DNA of 64,000 bases from NCBI GenBank assembly GCA_016748015.1, contig JAAOMT010000375.1, positions 306,019 to 370,018 of the forward strand, given 5' to 3'. The first letter of the stretch is position 1; every line of letters starts with the position of its first letter. Positions 25,900 to 37,738 of this stretch are shown one piece after another. This DNA is from Geosiphon pyriformis uo1 (Eukaryota > Fungi > Glomeromycota). The translations under genes and the position numbers were made by a program. The notes under the pieces were generated by a model that was not told where the DNA came from, made no database searches, and was given only the letters and a program-made list of their open reading frames with translations.

Positions 25900-26580
25900 T
25901 ATTCTCTCTTTTTAATATTGAGCTCTGTTGAGATTTTCCAAATCTCCTAACTCTAATTCTCTGTCATTGAGTATTTCTTGAACTTTTTTTTTGAGAATTG
26001 CTTGGGTTATCTTGTTTTGTAATTCTTCAAATTGAGTGTTGGTTATTTTTCCTATCTGGTTCACTATAATAGAGTCCAATTCCAGATTAAATAAGATTTC
26101 TGGTCTGTCTTAGAATCCTGTATGTAGCCAATAAATGACTCTTGCTTGTATAGTCAAATTGTTTTTTTCCACAAACTGTTCTAGTTGTTGCAATATTGTT
26201 GTGTTGAATAACCATTTTGTTTTATCCATGTATAAGTTTTGAATGTTCAAGTGCCATTCCAAATGGAAATAACAAAAGTTTCTTGGAAATTCGTATATCC
26301 ACCATTTCCAAGTTTCTTTAGTCAACTCTTAATATGTGGTGACACTTGTTGGTTTTTTTATTGCTAATTTTATTTTTAGAACTATTTTGTTAATAGTGCT
26401 TTCTGTTTTCCTTTGACTTTTGTATTTGGATATCTTTCTGGTATCTCAGTATCAAATGGTTTGTTAATTGATAGTAATTTCTATATTCTGTTGTTGAATT
26501 AGTTGAAAAAGTTGTTGTGCTAGTAAGTAGATATTGTCAGTGATTTCTATTTTTCTGAAGTCTTTTGTCATGTCTACCAT
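25900..26580 (-). pseudogene. Family D accessory ORF3 downstream of integrase
   Basis: Frame from ATG 26580 through track ORF 26110-26325 (WKWWIYEFP...RVIYWLHTGF); homologous frame in F at about 21570-22270. Confidence 0.65.
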
Positions 26581-26629
26581 GTCTTTATATATTCTTTTTA
26601 TTGTTCAATTTTATGTGTTTGGTCCAATA

Positions 26630-29600
26630 ATTATGGTTGGTTCCAGATCTCATGGAATCTTATCTGGTTGGACTAGTATTCTCTGTACTCCTAATTATGG
26701 AATATTACTGGTGGATGGTGACACTATATAGTAATATGGTTTCAGTCGATTATCATGTGCTGTTTTGGTTAAGATTTTGTTGTTCTATCTTAATTTATAA
26801 GCTCCTTTTCCAAGAATTTCTTCTATGTAAAATGGTCTATTCCATTTGAAGTCAAATTTTTCACTCTATTGTTTTTCTATCTTAGTATGATGTAGAAGTA
26901 CTTTGTCTCCAATCTTGAATTCAACTGGTTTATCTGGTAGTTGGTTATTGTGTCTTTTTTTTTGTTTCTTTTGTAACTTTTGGATATTATCAGCTGCTTT
27001 TTGCCATTTGTTTTTTAATGTCTTCATTAAATCATATGTTCTTCTTAGCAATGTTCTTTAGAAATTCTCTTCTGTTATTGGTTCTGTTGAATATGTTTTG
27101 ACTTCTATCTTAACTGGTAATGTTGCTGTTCTACCATAGACTAATTCAAATGGTATTGCTTGTGTAGTGTCTTGCTTCATTGTTCAATATGCAAATAATA
27201 CTGATGGTATGATTAAATCTCATTCATCTTGGTTTTCTTGGCTGATTTTGGCTATTGTTTTACACAGTGTTTTGTTGAATCTTTCGACTAATCCATTTGT
27301 TTGTAGATAGTATGATGATGATAATGGTCTTTTTATTCCAAATCTTTGACTTAATTCTGCTAATGTTCTATTTACAAAGTGAGTTTCTTGATCAGATAAT
27401 AATTCTTTTGGACATCCGTGTTGACAGATCAGATCTTGATGAATAAATTCAGCAACAAATTTTGCATCTGCTCTTTGAATGACTTTTGCTTCTGGCCATT
27501 TAGTGAAATAGTCCATGATTACTGCAATATATTTGTTGCTTCTGCTGGTGATTGTTAATGGTCTGACTAAGTCAATTCCAATACAATCAAATGGTTGTCT
27601 TACTTTAATTGGTTTCAATGGTTCATTGGATTTTGTTCCTCCTCTTCTTTAACAAGCATCACAGTTTTGAACATACTGGATGATATTTGAATACATTGAT
27701 AGCCAATAGTATTTTTTCCTAGTTTTTTTTATGGTTGCTTCTTTATGAAAATGTTCTGCTGTTAGATCTGAATGCATGTTAAATAATATTGTCTCTTTTT
27801 CTGATTCTGTAATTACTCTTATTGGCTGGTCTGGATTTTTTCTGTTTTTCTGGTAAAGTATATTTTGATAATTAAAAAAATATTTTGATTGTTGTTTTAT
27901 GTTGTTTTGTTTCTTTTAAGATAATTTCTCCTTAAACAATTGGATATTTATATAATATTGGAGTTGTTAGTATTTTTATATATTCATCTTTTGTTATATT
28001 TTTGGGTTAAAATGTTTTTAGATTTGTCTTATTTGCAACAAACTGTCAGCATTTCTATTGTCTTTTTCTTTTTTATAATGTAGTGTATAATTGAATGATG
28101 AAAATTCTATTTTCCATCTAGCATGGCAGTTATCTCTAAATTCTTGCTTCTGAATTGAAGTCAATCCCTTGTGATTAGTGTATATTTCAAACTTTTGACT
28201 CAAGTATTTTTTTCACTTGATGACAACTCAATAGATGGCTAAGTGTTCTAGTGCTGGAGTTCTATAGTTTTTTTCAGCTGGAGTTAAGCTTTTATTGATA
28301 TAAGCTACTGGATGCTCTCTTTTATCTGGTTCTCTCTGTAATAGTACTACTCCCAATGCTTGACCAAATGCATCAGTTGTAATTATGAATGGCTTGTTAT
28401 AATCTAGATAGATCAGTACTGGAGCTTGAATAAGCTTTCTTCTTAATGTATCAAAAGCTTTTTGTTGGATTTCTGTCTATATATATTTGGTGTTCTTTGT
28501 TTGGAGTTGGTGTAGTGATTGAGCTATTTTGGAAAAATCTTTGATGAAATGGTAGTAGTATCCAGCAAATCCCAAGAATGCTCTCAATTCTGTGAAATTA
28601 TTTGGTACTGAAAAGTTCTTGACAATCTCAATCTTGTCTGAATTTGTTTTGATTCCATCTTTGCTCACAACATGCCCCAAAAACTTAAGTTCAGTTTTTT
28701 CAAAGAAACATTTGGTTGCATTTAGCTTTAATTCGGCTCTTCTTAGTCTTTTAAACACTTGTTGGAGATAATGCAAATGATCATCGAATGTTTTTGAGAA
28801 TACATTAGTGTTGTCCAAGTATATGACTACTGATTTCTATAGTAGCCCAGTATAAACAATTTTCATAAATTGCTGGAAAGTGGCTGGAGCATTCATCAAG
28901 CCAAATGGCATTACTTCAAATTCAAAGTTTCCTTCTCATATTGTGAAAGCTGTTTTCTCTTTGTCTTTTGGTTTTATGGCTACTTGCCAGTAACCACTGT
29001 CTAAGTTTAACATTGAAAACCATTTTTTTCTTTCAAAAGCATCAAAAAGTTCTTGGATCTTTGGAGTTAGATAGCTGTCTCCTTTTGTTACTCTATTCAG
29101 TTTCCAGTAATCTACACAAAAGCAGATTTTCCCATTTTTCTTATGGACTAGTACCACTGATAATGACCATAAACTCATAGATGACTGAATTAGTTCATTG
29201 TTAAGCATCTAATTGATTTCTTGACAAATAATCTTATGGCTAGCTGGTAGTATTCTGTATGTTTTCTGTTTAATTGGCATTACATCTTTAGTTTTGATTT
29301 GGTGTTGGATGATGTTAGTTCTGCCAAATTCATTCTCACTTGTAAAGATGTTATTGAAATTGTTAAGTAACATCTTGAGTTGCATACATTGTAATAGATC
29401 TAGATTTCTCAAGTTCATCTGTTCGAATTGTTTTGGTTGAAGCAGATAACATTTTTCTCATCTGTATATGGTTTGAGATGTGATATCTACATATCCACAC
29501 AGTTGTAAAAAGTCTGAAATGGTGTTTGGAAGTTGGTCTTCAATTTCTGTGGTTAAGTATCTGATGGTGGTTCCTGCTGGTATCTCAATGATATCTTCTG

Positions 29601-31880
29601 TGTTGTTGTAAATAAGGATTTTGATGTAACTGTGGTTCTTTGCTGGTATGTATAAGTTAACTAAACCAATTTTTTCTGATTCACAAAGTGTTGCTTCTGC
29701 TTCAAAAATCTGGATCTGATCTTTTACTTTTCTCTCTATAACTACCATGTATTGGTTATATAGTGGAATGGAAATTTGTTGATAGGTGGAGATAATTTCT
29801 CTCTTGTCAATAATTTCTTCCTCTGCCATATTAACTGGTACATTTATTCTATCTGTTGATCTGAATCCTTGTATCCTTTTAGCCATAATTCCTAACTCTT
29901 CCCTGTTTTTCACTGATACTAATTGAGCTATTTTCACCAGAGGCAGGAATATTGCCTGTACTATCTTTTCATTTGGCTTTATGACATAGGCCTTTTTTAA
30001 ATCGTTTTGTAGTATTGCAATAATATTTCCTACATATCCTGCATCAATTATTCTTCCTCTGATGTTAATTCTTTTTTTCACTAAACTACTCCTAGGTACT
30101 AGTTAAACCATTGTTGTTGTTGGGATTTCTAATGCTATTTTGAGATCAATGTATGTGTGTAAGTGTGGTTTCAATTTGATGGCATCCTTCTTTGGATATC
30201 TTAGATTAAACTTGGCATCAGTATTATGTGTATATTCTGGCATAATACCTTCATTGTTATTGCTAAACCATTTAAGTTCCTGCTCCTTAGAAAGGTTAGG
30301 AAGCACAATGTATATATCAGAATTTGAATTGGAGTCCGAATTATTGTAATTTTTATTGCCATTTTAAATGGAACTGGAACCATTATTTTTGTCATTATCA
30401 TTGTTAGAGTTTGAATTGGGATTGAAACTTGATCTCGATTCTAATGTGCAGCTACTGATTGGTTTTTCTTCTTCTGGAATTGTGTAAATCATGCATGTTG
30501 GTGAATTGTAAATAAAGTCACACTTATTACAATATTAAAAGTTACAGGGAATTAAGCAATATTAACATAATTAAGTATTCAACTGTTCTAAACACTACTT
30601 TTGTTCTTCTCTAATGGGTGCTAAATTTTGATAGTGCTCATGGAATTCTTTGAAGTCTGTTTTCAGGTCCAGAAAAGCATCTGGATTGAGAACCAATACA
30701 ATATTGACTGGTTCTAAGAGGTTGTTCTTGATTTCTAGTATTTTACTGGCTGTGGCATCTTCTATTTTGGCATTTACTATCCACCAGATCTCGTCTTTGT
30801 CATGTGGGTAACCATCCAATGGAAGATTGCTTGGTGCCAGATGGTAGTAACAGGTGTTTCATAACTTACCCAGTTGCTGATGAGAATCATGTATTGGCAC
30901 AAACCATTGCATGTTTTTTCTTGACCAGAAATGTCATTCCACATTCCTTTGTTAAGCAATTGTTCTCTACAAGCAAGACATGATTTATTGTTCTACTTGC
31001 CTTGTTACTTTAAATAGCCATACTATTCTCTGTGGCATGGCTTGCAGTAATAGTAGGTTCATGTCCAGTAATTTTTGTCTGGCATGATCCAAGCTCCCAT
31101 GGAAAAAAGTTTCTTCTCACAGTTTTTGTATTTGAGAGATATGTATAGTGGTTTTTTTATTGGTTCCTGTAAGTACTCTCTTTTCCAGCCACTAGTTGTT
31201 TCTTCTATGGTGGTGGTTTTTTTGGGTAGGTCTTTTTCTTTTCTTTTTCCTTTCCCTTTGTTGGTTTTTTCTCATTTCCAGGTTGGCAGTTTGTCTGAGC
31301 CATTGTTAGTTTCCCAGGTTTGGTTGGCATTCCAGGTAAGTTCTTTCTTTTGTGTTCTTTTTCTGTCATCATCCCAAGAGAGTATTGGTGGTAGTTTGTT
31401 GTGGTTTTTATCAGCCCATGATATTTGATAGGCTTTTTAAAGAGATTTGGTTATCTCTTTCTCGAGTTCTATTAACAGTGCTGGCATGTTAATGGTCTTG
31501 AAATAACTGGACATTGCTGGTGTTTGTATATGTTAACTATTTTGGCTGATTTGCAACTCTTGGGTGGTCCAGTTAAGCATTGTGTTGGTTTTGAACAGCC
31601 AATTATTCCCAACTAGAGCTTAATATTAGGTGGCTTCCATAATTAATATTTTGATTAGTACTATAATGCTATTAACCTCTATTGGGAGATCATCAATCTT
31701 ACCAATGGAAGTTTTGGTTGCTCCATCAGTAGTGATTATGCATGCACTAGCAGCACAATCAACTCGGTGACCTAATTGGTCTATGAGTTGTCATGTAATA
31801 ATGCTGCCAGTTGATTCATTATCTAAGATCAATTTGATGACGTGACCATTCACTTTCACAGTTTCCTTGAGTTCGAAAAA
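26630..31880 (-). pseudogene. pol: D pol: protease, Cys-rich linker, dUTPase, RT, RNase H, integrase
   Basis: PR IKLILDNESTGSII; RT FCVDYWKLN, LDSGYWQV, YLDN; IN FDCIGIDLV, DYFTKWPEA, QTNGLVERFN. Confidence 0.9.
29850..30285 (-). pseudogene. dUTPase domain in D pol, between protease and RT
   Basis: DAKFNLRY, RSSLVKKRINIRGRIIDAGYVGNI, EKIVQAIF and RIQGFRSTD correspond to all five trimeric dUTPase motifs, decayed. Confidence 0.9.
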
Positions 31881-32399
31881 AAAAATAGCTGCTAGGAATT
31901 TGTCATTGAAAATGGTTGCTGGTGGAATATTGCTAATAAGTGGCTGCTTTTGTTTGGATTTCCGGTTGTTGGGTGAAATGTCTTCTGGAGTAACCAGAAG
32001 CCTTAAATACTGTTGGGCATTTGGGTTTTAGGTGTATCTGGTGCCCGAATTCCATTGTTGAGATCCTGATAACTGGGTCGAGGAACTAGAGATTGGTTGA
32101 TAGACTACCATTGACAATCTTCAGCTCTGTTAGGTCAGTCTCAGCCTTTGGGTTCTGTTTTAAGGTAAGTTTTGTTACAGTGTTTGAATTTGTTGAGATT
32201 GATAGATTACTTGAGACTGCAGCTGATAGATAGACTGGAACTGCAGTTGATAAATTATGGATGTTGTCAGTTAATAAACTGGTGGTTGATAGATTGGCTG
32301 TTGTGTCATATATAAGTAATTCAGTTGATATTGTTCTGTTGATTGATTACTGACATAATTCTGTGATTGTAGTCAACAATCAAAGTTTTGATACTGATT

Positions 32400-34200
32400 A
32401 GCTAATCTTAGGTTGCTTATCTTTTTTTGGCATTCAAATTGTAAATGTCTTTGTTTACTACAATAGTGGCATATACACATTTTTTGTTGTCATGGTTGAT
32501 TGATTGATGCTGAACACAATTGATTTTGGGTACAATTTGAGTTTTCTTGATTATTGCATTATTGAGAAGGTTAATAAATTGCATGATTGTTAGCTAAGTA
32601 CCCTTCTAATTTTTGATTGATTGAATTACTGTATTGTTTTAATTTAGAATCCAATTCAGATAATCCATTTATTACTAGATTTACAGCTTGGGCATGGTTT
32701 GCTTCGAGTTTAGCCAATTCAAAATCTCTGGCATTTGTAACTGTGGCTTGAAGGTCTGCTGGATGTATTGGGCATATGTACTGGAGGATACTACTGCACA
32801 GTCCTCTAATGAATTGATTCAAAATTTGTGGTGTTGTAAAATAATCAGCCTGTATGACCTGAATTTGGCACAGATTTCTGTAGAAGTGTCCTAAGTAAAT
32901 GGTAACTGCTTTATTTTCTCCTTGTTTGATAGTGGTAAAGATGTTAGCTAGGTGATTAATACTGTTATTATTACTGAAATACCCCAGAAATGCAACTTTA
33001 AATTCTTGGAATGTTTGAGATTTGGTAACTAAACTTTGATATCATGAGTTGGCGGTATCCTGTAAGAAATAAGGGATGGCTTGGAGTGCTCTCGCATTAT
33101 TTTATCTATTAGCCGTAATGGCTTTTTCAATGTTATTGAGCCAAATTTGGGTGTTGTCTTTTTCGCCAGTGAATTTCTTGAGTTTTGCTATTGAAGTATA
33201 GGCCATTGGATCCAAGTTTGGTTGTTAAAGTTGTTGTTGTGGCTGTTGAAGCAGCTGTTGTAGTTGTTGGGGTGATTAAAATGGCTGCTGTTGAATCAGT
33301 TTAATAACCAGTTCAATTGGTGGTTGCTTAATAACGAGTACTGGAAATAAGTTTTACTAATTAATTATTTTGGGGTTTATATTGTTTGGATTTTGAGGAA
33401 TTTGAAAGTTTGGAGTTTCAGTTTCTGGGTTTTCTAAATTTGGATCTTGCTGAGTCTGAAAGTTTGGGGTTTTAATGTCTGGATTTTCCAGAATCAGTTT
33501 TTGATAAGTAAATTCTTGATCTTCGGCTTCTTCTTTTTTCTCTTTCTCTGATTCTGTTATCTCCCAAGGACTTGTGTTTCTGAAATCTGGTTGAGGTGAT
33601 GGTGATCGGAATTCTGATGGCATTGGCGATCACAATTTAAATCCTTCAAAATAATCATCATAGATTTCTAATAATTCTGCTTTCTTTTGTTTACTTTGAA
33701 AAGAGAGTTGCCCAAATGTTAATGTTATGTTTGATGTGAATGCACCTGTTAATGAGATGTTAATGGCACTTTCTGGTGTATAATAGTATGATGGATTGGT
33801 TGGTAATTCAATTCTGGTTTTTTTCCAAGTGGGTGGTTGTATTTGGTTTGGTATTACTGCTGATGTTTGTAATTTTTCCTTGCCTTTGTCTGCATATGTG
33901 ATTGAGAATTATTGTTGTGTATATTTTTCAATGGTTTGGTTTATTTCTTTAATAATTGGTGCAAAACTGTAGCTCTTTGGTAAGCTAGTATGTTGGAATA
34001 ATTCTGTATAAAAATTTTCTCTTGCGGATTCAATATTAATTATTCCTCCTAAACAGTCTGTGATTTTGTTGTTGATGTAGAAGTTGAAGACTGATTCTGC
34101 TGGAAAGTGGTTATTGTTTAATTCTAATTGTTGGCTGTACTGTTGAAACAAAAATTTCATGAATTTTAAATGGTTTGCTTCTATTCTTTCTGATTCTACT
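32400..34200 (-). pseudogene. gag: D gag
   Basis: MAYTSIAKLKKFTGEKDNTQIWLN capsid-like segment, QILNQFIRGL, and a CHYCSKQRHLQFEC knuckle. Confidence 0.85.
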
Positions 34201-34265
34201 ACTTTTGGGATGGGTGTAATTGGTGCTGGTTCTTTGTAGGATTATACTTCATAAGGAGTGCCAAA

Positions 34266-35118
34266 TATTACAGATAATTATTTGGGATCTCAAATCAAAT
34301 AACAAACTCATAACTTGGTGCTCAATTGATAAAATTTGTTGGTAATATCTGAAAGTGTTGTTTTATCTGAAGATTTTGTTGTAGAGTCTTTTGTATAATG
34401 AACAGAAATTTAATAATTGTCTTTCCAGTAGTCTCCCGGAATTGCAATTCCATCAAATTTTTTTCTCAGCATAGTGGCCAGTAATCTTGACAGAGATGCC
34501 CTTCTGGTAAGCTATCCTTAAATTCTCAATTCCTATACCCTTCCTTTGGGGTCTTTTACCAGGCTATCTATGATGTCAATATTTCAGCATTTAATCTTCA
34601 AGTAATTAGTAGAACAAAAGAAATAACTAAAATAAAAAAAAATAAAAGAGATAAGCCAAGGCAATAAATGTTAGTATCCTATTAATAGCTGTGATCAAGA
34701 GCTATTGTTCCAGTGTGTTTAAGTATTAATTACTATTAACATGAAGTGTTGATAGTGATGAGTGGAATTGAAATAAAAAATAATTATTTATTTGATATTT
34801 GTGAATTGGAAGATCACTTAGATAAAATCTAAGCTGGAAGGTCTTCTAACTAAAAGATTCTGTTTTTTTTACTTCTAATGCTATCATCATATATACATAA
34901 TTGAAATTTCTCAATTTCTCAATTCTTTACACCAGGAATTCCAGAATTCCTGGAATCCTGCAATTCCTTTTAAGAGGAATCCTGGAATTTTGGAATCCTG
35001 GAATTTCTAGAATCTTGCAATTCCTCTTAAGAAAGATCTTGGAATTCCATATTTACTATGGCTACTTCTAATTGGCTAATTTATATGCTAATATACTTCC
35101 TATATTTTATGAGTAATA
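34266..35118 (-). repeat. 5' LTR of D
   Basis: Direct repeat of 25022-25898 with termini decayed to TA; PBS adjacent. Confidence 0.92.
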
Positions 35119-35461
35119 TCATGTATTATAAACAAAGTGATTATTAAAAATTGTTTTATATTGATCTTGTAAGATATAAAAACTATTATTTAAAACTTTG
35201 TTAATTAAAAAGAGTTTTTTCATTGGCTAAAGAATTTATTACTATAAACATTGTTTTTGTCTAAACAGTATTCTAAAACTAAGTTATTAACACTTAAAAA
35301 AAGTGTTTTATAAGATTTCTTTTTTTTAAACTTCTCTTGAAACTGTTTTATCTTTTCAAAGACAATTATCTGTGCTTTTATTAAGGAGTCAAAAATGATA
35401 TCAAGTTTTTTTTACAAAATGTCTTTGTAATCTTTTATTGTAATTTTTTTAAGAATATTGT

Positions 35462-36176
35462 TTTAATTTACTAAAGCTTAATCTCTTTAAAAAGAATGAT
35501 ATTATAATTAAAACTTATAATTTTTATTAGTTATTACATATATTAGCTACTAATATTATATAATTAGCCACTCTATTTTTAGATAATAATTATTGACCTA
35601 ATTAATAATTTGAATATTAACATAATTATTAACTTAATTATTAACTATTTTAAATAGCTATATAAGTAATAAGTTTTTTAGTTGTAAAAAAATATGTAAA
35701 AAATCAAAAAAATAAAACAATATTTATTAATTTATTTTTTCTTTTATTGTTTGTTTCTCTTTTTTTATTCTTTATTTTCAAGTATTTAAATATTTTAGAA
35801 TAAAAAATTACTTGTTGGTATTTATTTATCTTTTTCTGATCTGTATAATTGTAGGATTTAAAAATTATTAAATAAAACATAACTAAAGAGCACATCTGAT
35901 ACTTGATATTAAATTCTAAAAATGCTAACATAAGGCATAGAATTATATCAGTGTGTTATTATTTGTTAATAATATAAACTATCTCTCTACTTTTAAATTC
36001 TTCAATTATCTTTTAAAAAAAATAACAACTAAGATATTTTATGAAATTAATCTTGCATATTAAATTTATATTTATTTAATTTGTTCTTTAAAGTTAAATT
36101 TTTTTTGATTAATTTCATTACTCTACAATTTTGTTATTTTTTGTTATTCATTAATTTGTTACTCTAATCTGTAATA
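35462..36176 (+). repeat. Inverted family-A PPT plus LTR fragment inside A3
   Basis: About 40 bp of the A 3' internal end/PPT followed by a decayed LTR-A (35500-36176), in opposite orientation to the flanking A3 pol. Confidence 0.75.
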
Positions 36177-36763
36177 ATTTTATCCAAGTAAATTAAAACA
36201 AAGTTTTCTTTTACTTATTTAAATATTTTGTTTATTAAGCATTAAAAAGTAAGAGAAATATTGATAAGACCAAAAGTCATGATTATAAATTTATAGATAT
36301 CATATTGGTAATAAAAACTGTTTTTTTTTACTTTCTGAATTTATTTTTACTTGTTAAAATCCAGTAGTTAAATTAATAGTTAAAAAGAAAACAGCACCAT
36401 TAAATTGGTTTAGCATTGCATTAATCTTAAATAGTAGATACATATCTTTTTTAGTAATGGTATTTAATTAACAGTAGTCAATACAAAAGCATAGAGTTTT
36501 ATTTTTCTTAGATATCACTATAATTAGAAAAACTTATTTGCTTTTGGTTTTTTGTATAAATTTAAGATATTTCATTTCATTTATTTTTTTTTAATAAATT
36601 TATTATTGTAGTGATTGAATTAATAAGACTTTAAGTAGATAAAACAAGTTTTTTTGATGATAATAGTATGTTGTATTACATAAGTTTGTCTAAAAATATT
36701 ACTTTTTTTTTCTTTTAGAGAGAGTTTTTTTTATTTTATTACTAATAATTATATCTTAAACAA

Positions 36764-37738
36764 TATTATTTATAAAATATAAGAAGTATATTAGCATATA
36801 AATTAGCCAATCAGAAGTAGACATAGTAAATATGGAATTCCAAAATTCCTCTCAAAGGAATTGTAGGATTCCAAAAATTTCAGGATTCTCATATGAGGAA
36901 TTGCAGGATTTTAGAATTCCAGAATTTTTTTTAAAAGAATTACAAGATTCCAAGAATTCCAGAATTCCTGGCTAGAGAATTGAAGAATTCAAGGAATCTT
37001 GTACAATGAAGTTTATGTATATATAGCAGTAATATTAGAAGCTAGAAAATTAGACTTCCAGAGTCAGTAAAACTTTCAGAGTCAATTAGACTCACAAGTC
37101 ATAATTATTAGAATTACAAGGACTTTTTAGTTTAAATTTGATCTAAGCAACTTTCCACATCACAAATATTAATAAATAATTATTTGCTATTTCAAATCGA
37201 CTCTCTACTATCAACTCTTCATGTTGATAGTAATCAATACTTAAACACACTGAAACAATAGCTCTTGATTATGGCTATTAACAGAATATTAACTTGCAAA
37301 CACCTTGGCTTATTTCTTTATCTCTTTTTTATTTTTTTTTATTTTTTATTTTTTATTTTTTTGTCTTTTGTTTGGTACTAATTGATTAAAAAGATTAAAG
37401 TGCTGAATTATTAATGTCACAGATAGCCTGGTAAAAGATCCAGAAATAAGAGTAAAATTATATATATATTATCAGATAGCTTACCAAAAGGGCACAACTG
37501 CTAGAATAAATCTAGCCACCAAGCTGAGAAAAAAATTGGGCAGAATTGCAATTCTGGAAACTACTACAATTACCACTGAATCTCTGTCTATTATACAAAA
37601 AACTCAACCACTAAAACTTTCAAATTAACAAAACCTTCAGATCCATAATACCTTCAGAAATCAACACTATTATATTAATTAAGTACCAAGTTACAGATTT
37701 GTTATTTGTTTTGAGACCCCAAATAATCATCTGTAACA
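36764..37738 (+). mobile_element. Solo LTR, type D-related, inserted in A3 pol
   Basis: Homologous to the D LTRs including the GGAATTCC array; ends TGTAACA; TSD ACAA/ACAG. Confidence 0.85.

Larger units (their letters stand above)
25022..35118 (-). mobile_element. Full-length mutated dUTPase-carrying Ty3/Gypsy element D (about 10.1 kb)
   Basis: LTRs 25022-25898 and 34266-35118; TSD TTAT/TCAT; PBS 34247-34263; PPT about 25899-25913; gag-PR-dUTPase-RT-RH-IN-ORF3. Confidence 0.93.

Noticed and set aside
34200-34600. gag ORF starting inside the 5' LTR and reading through the PBS
   Set aside because: One frame has few stops, but a TAA is shared by both LTRs and the frame is not preserved into gag or between families.
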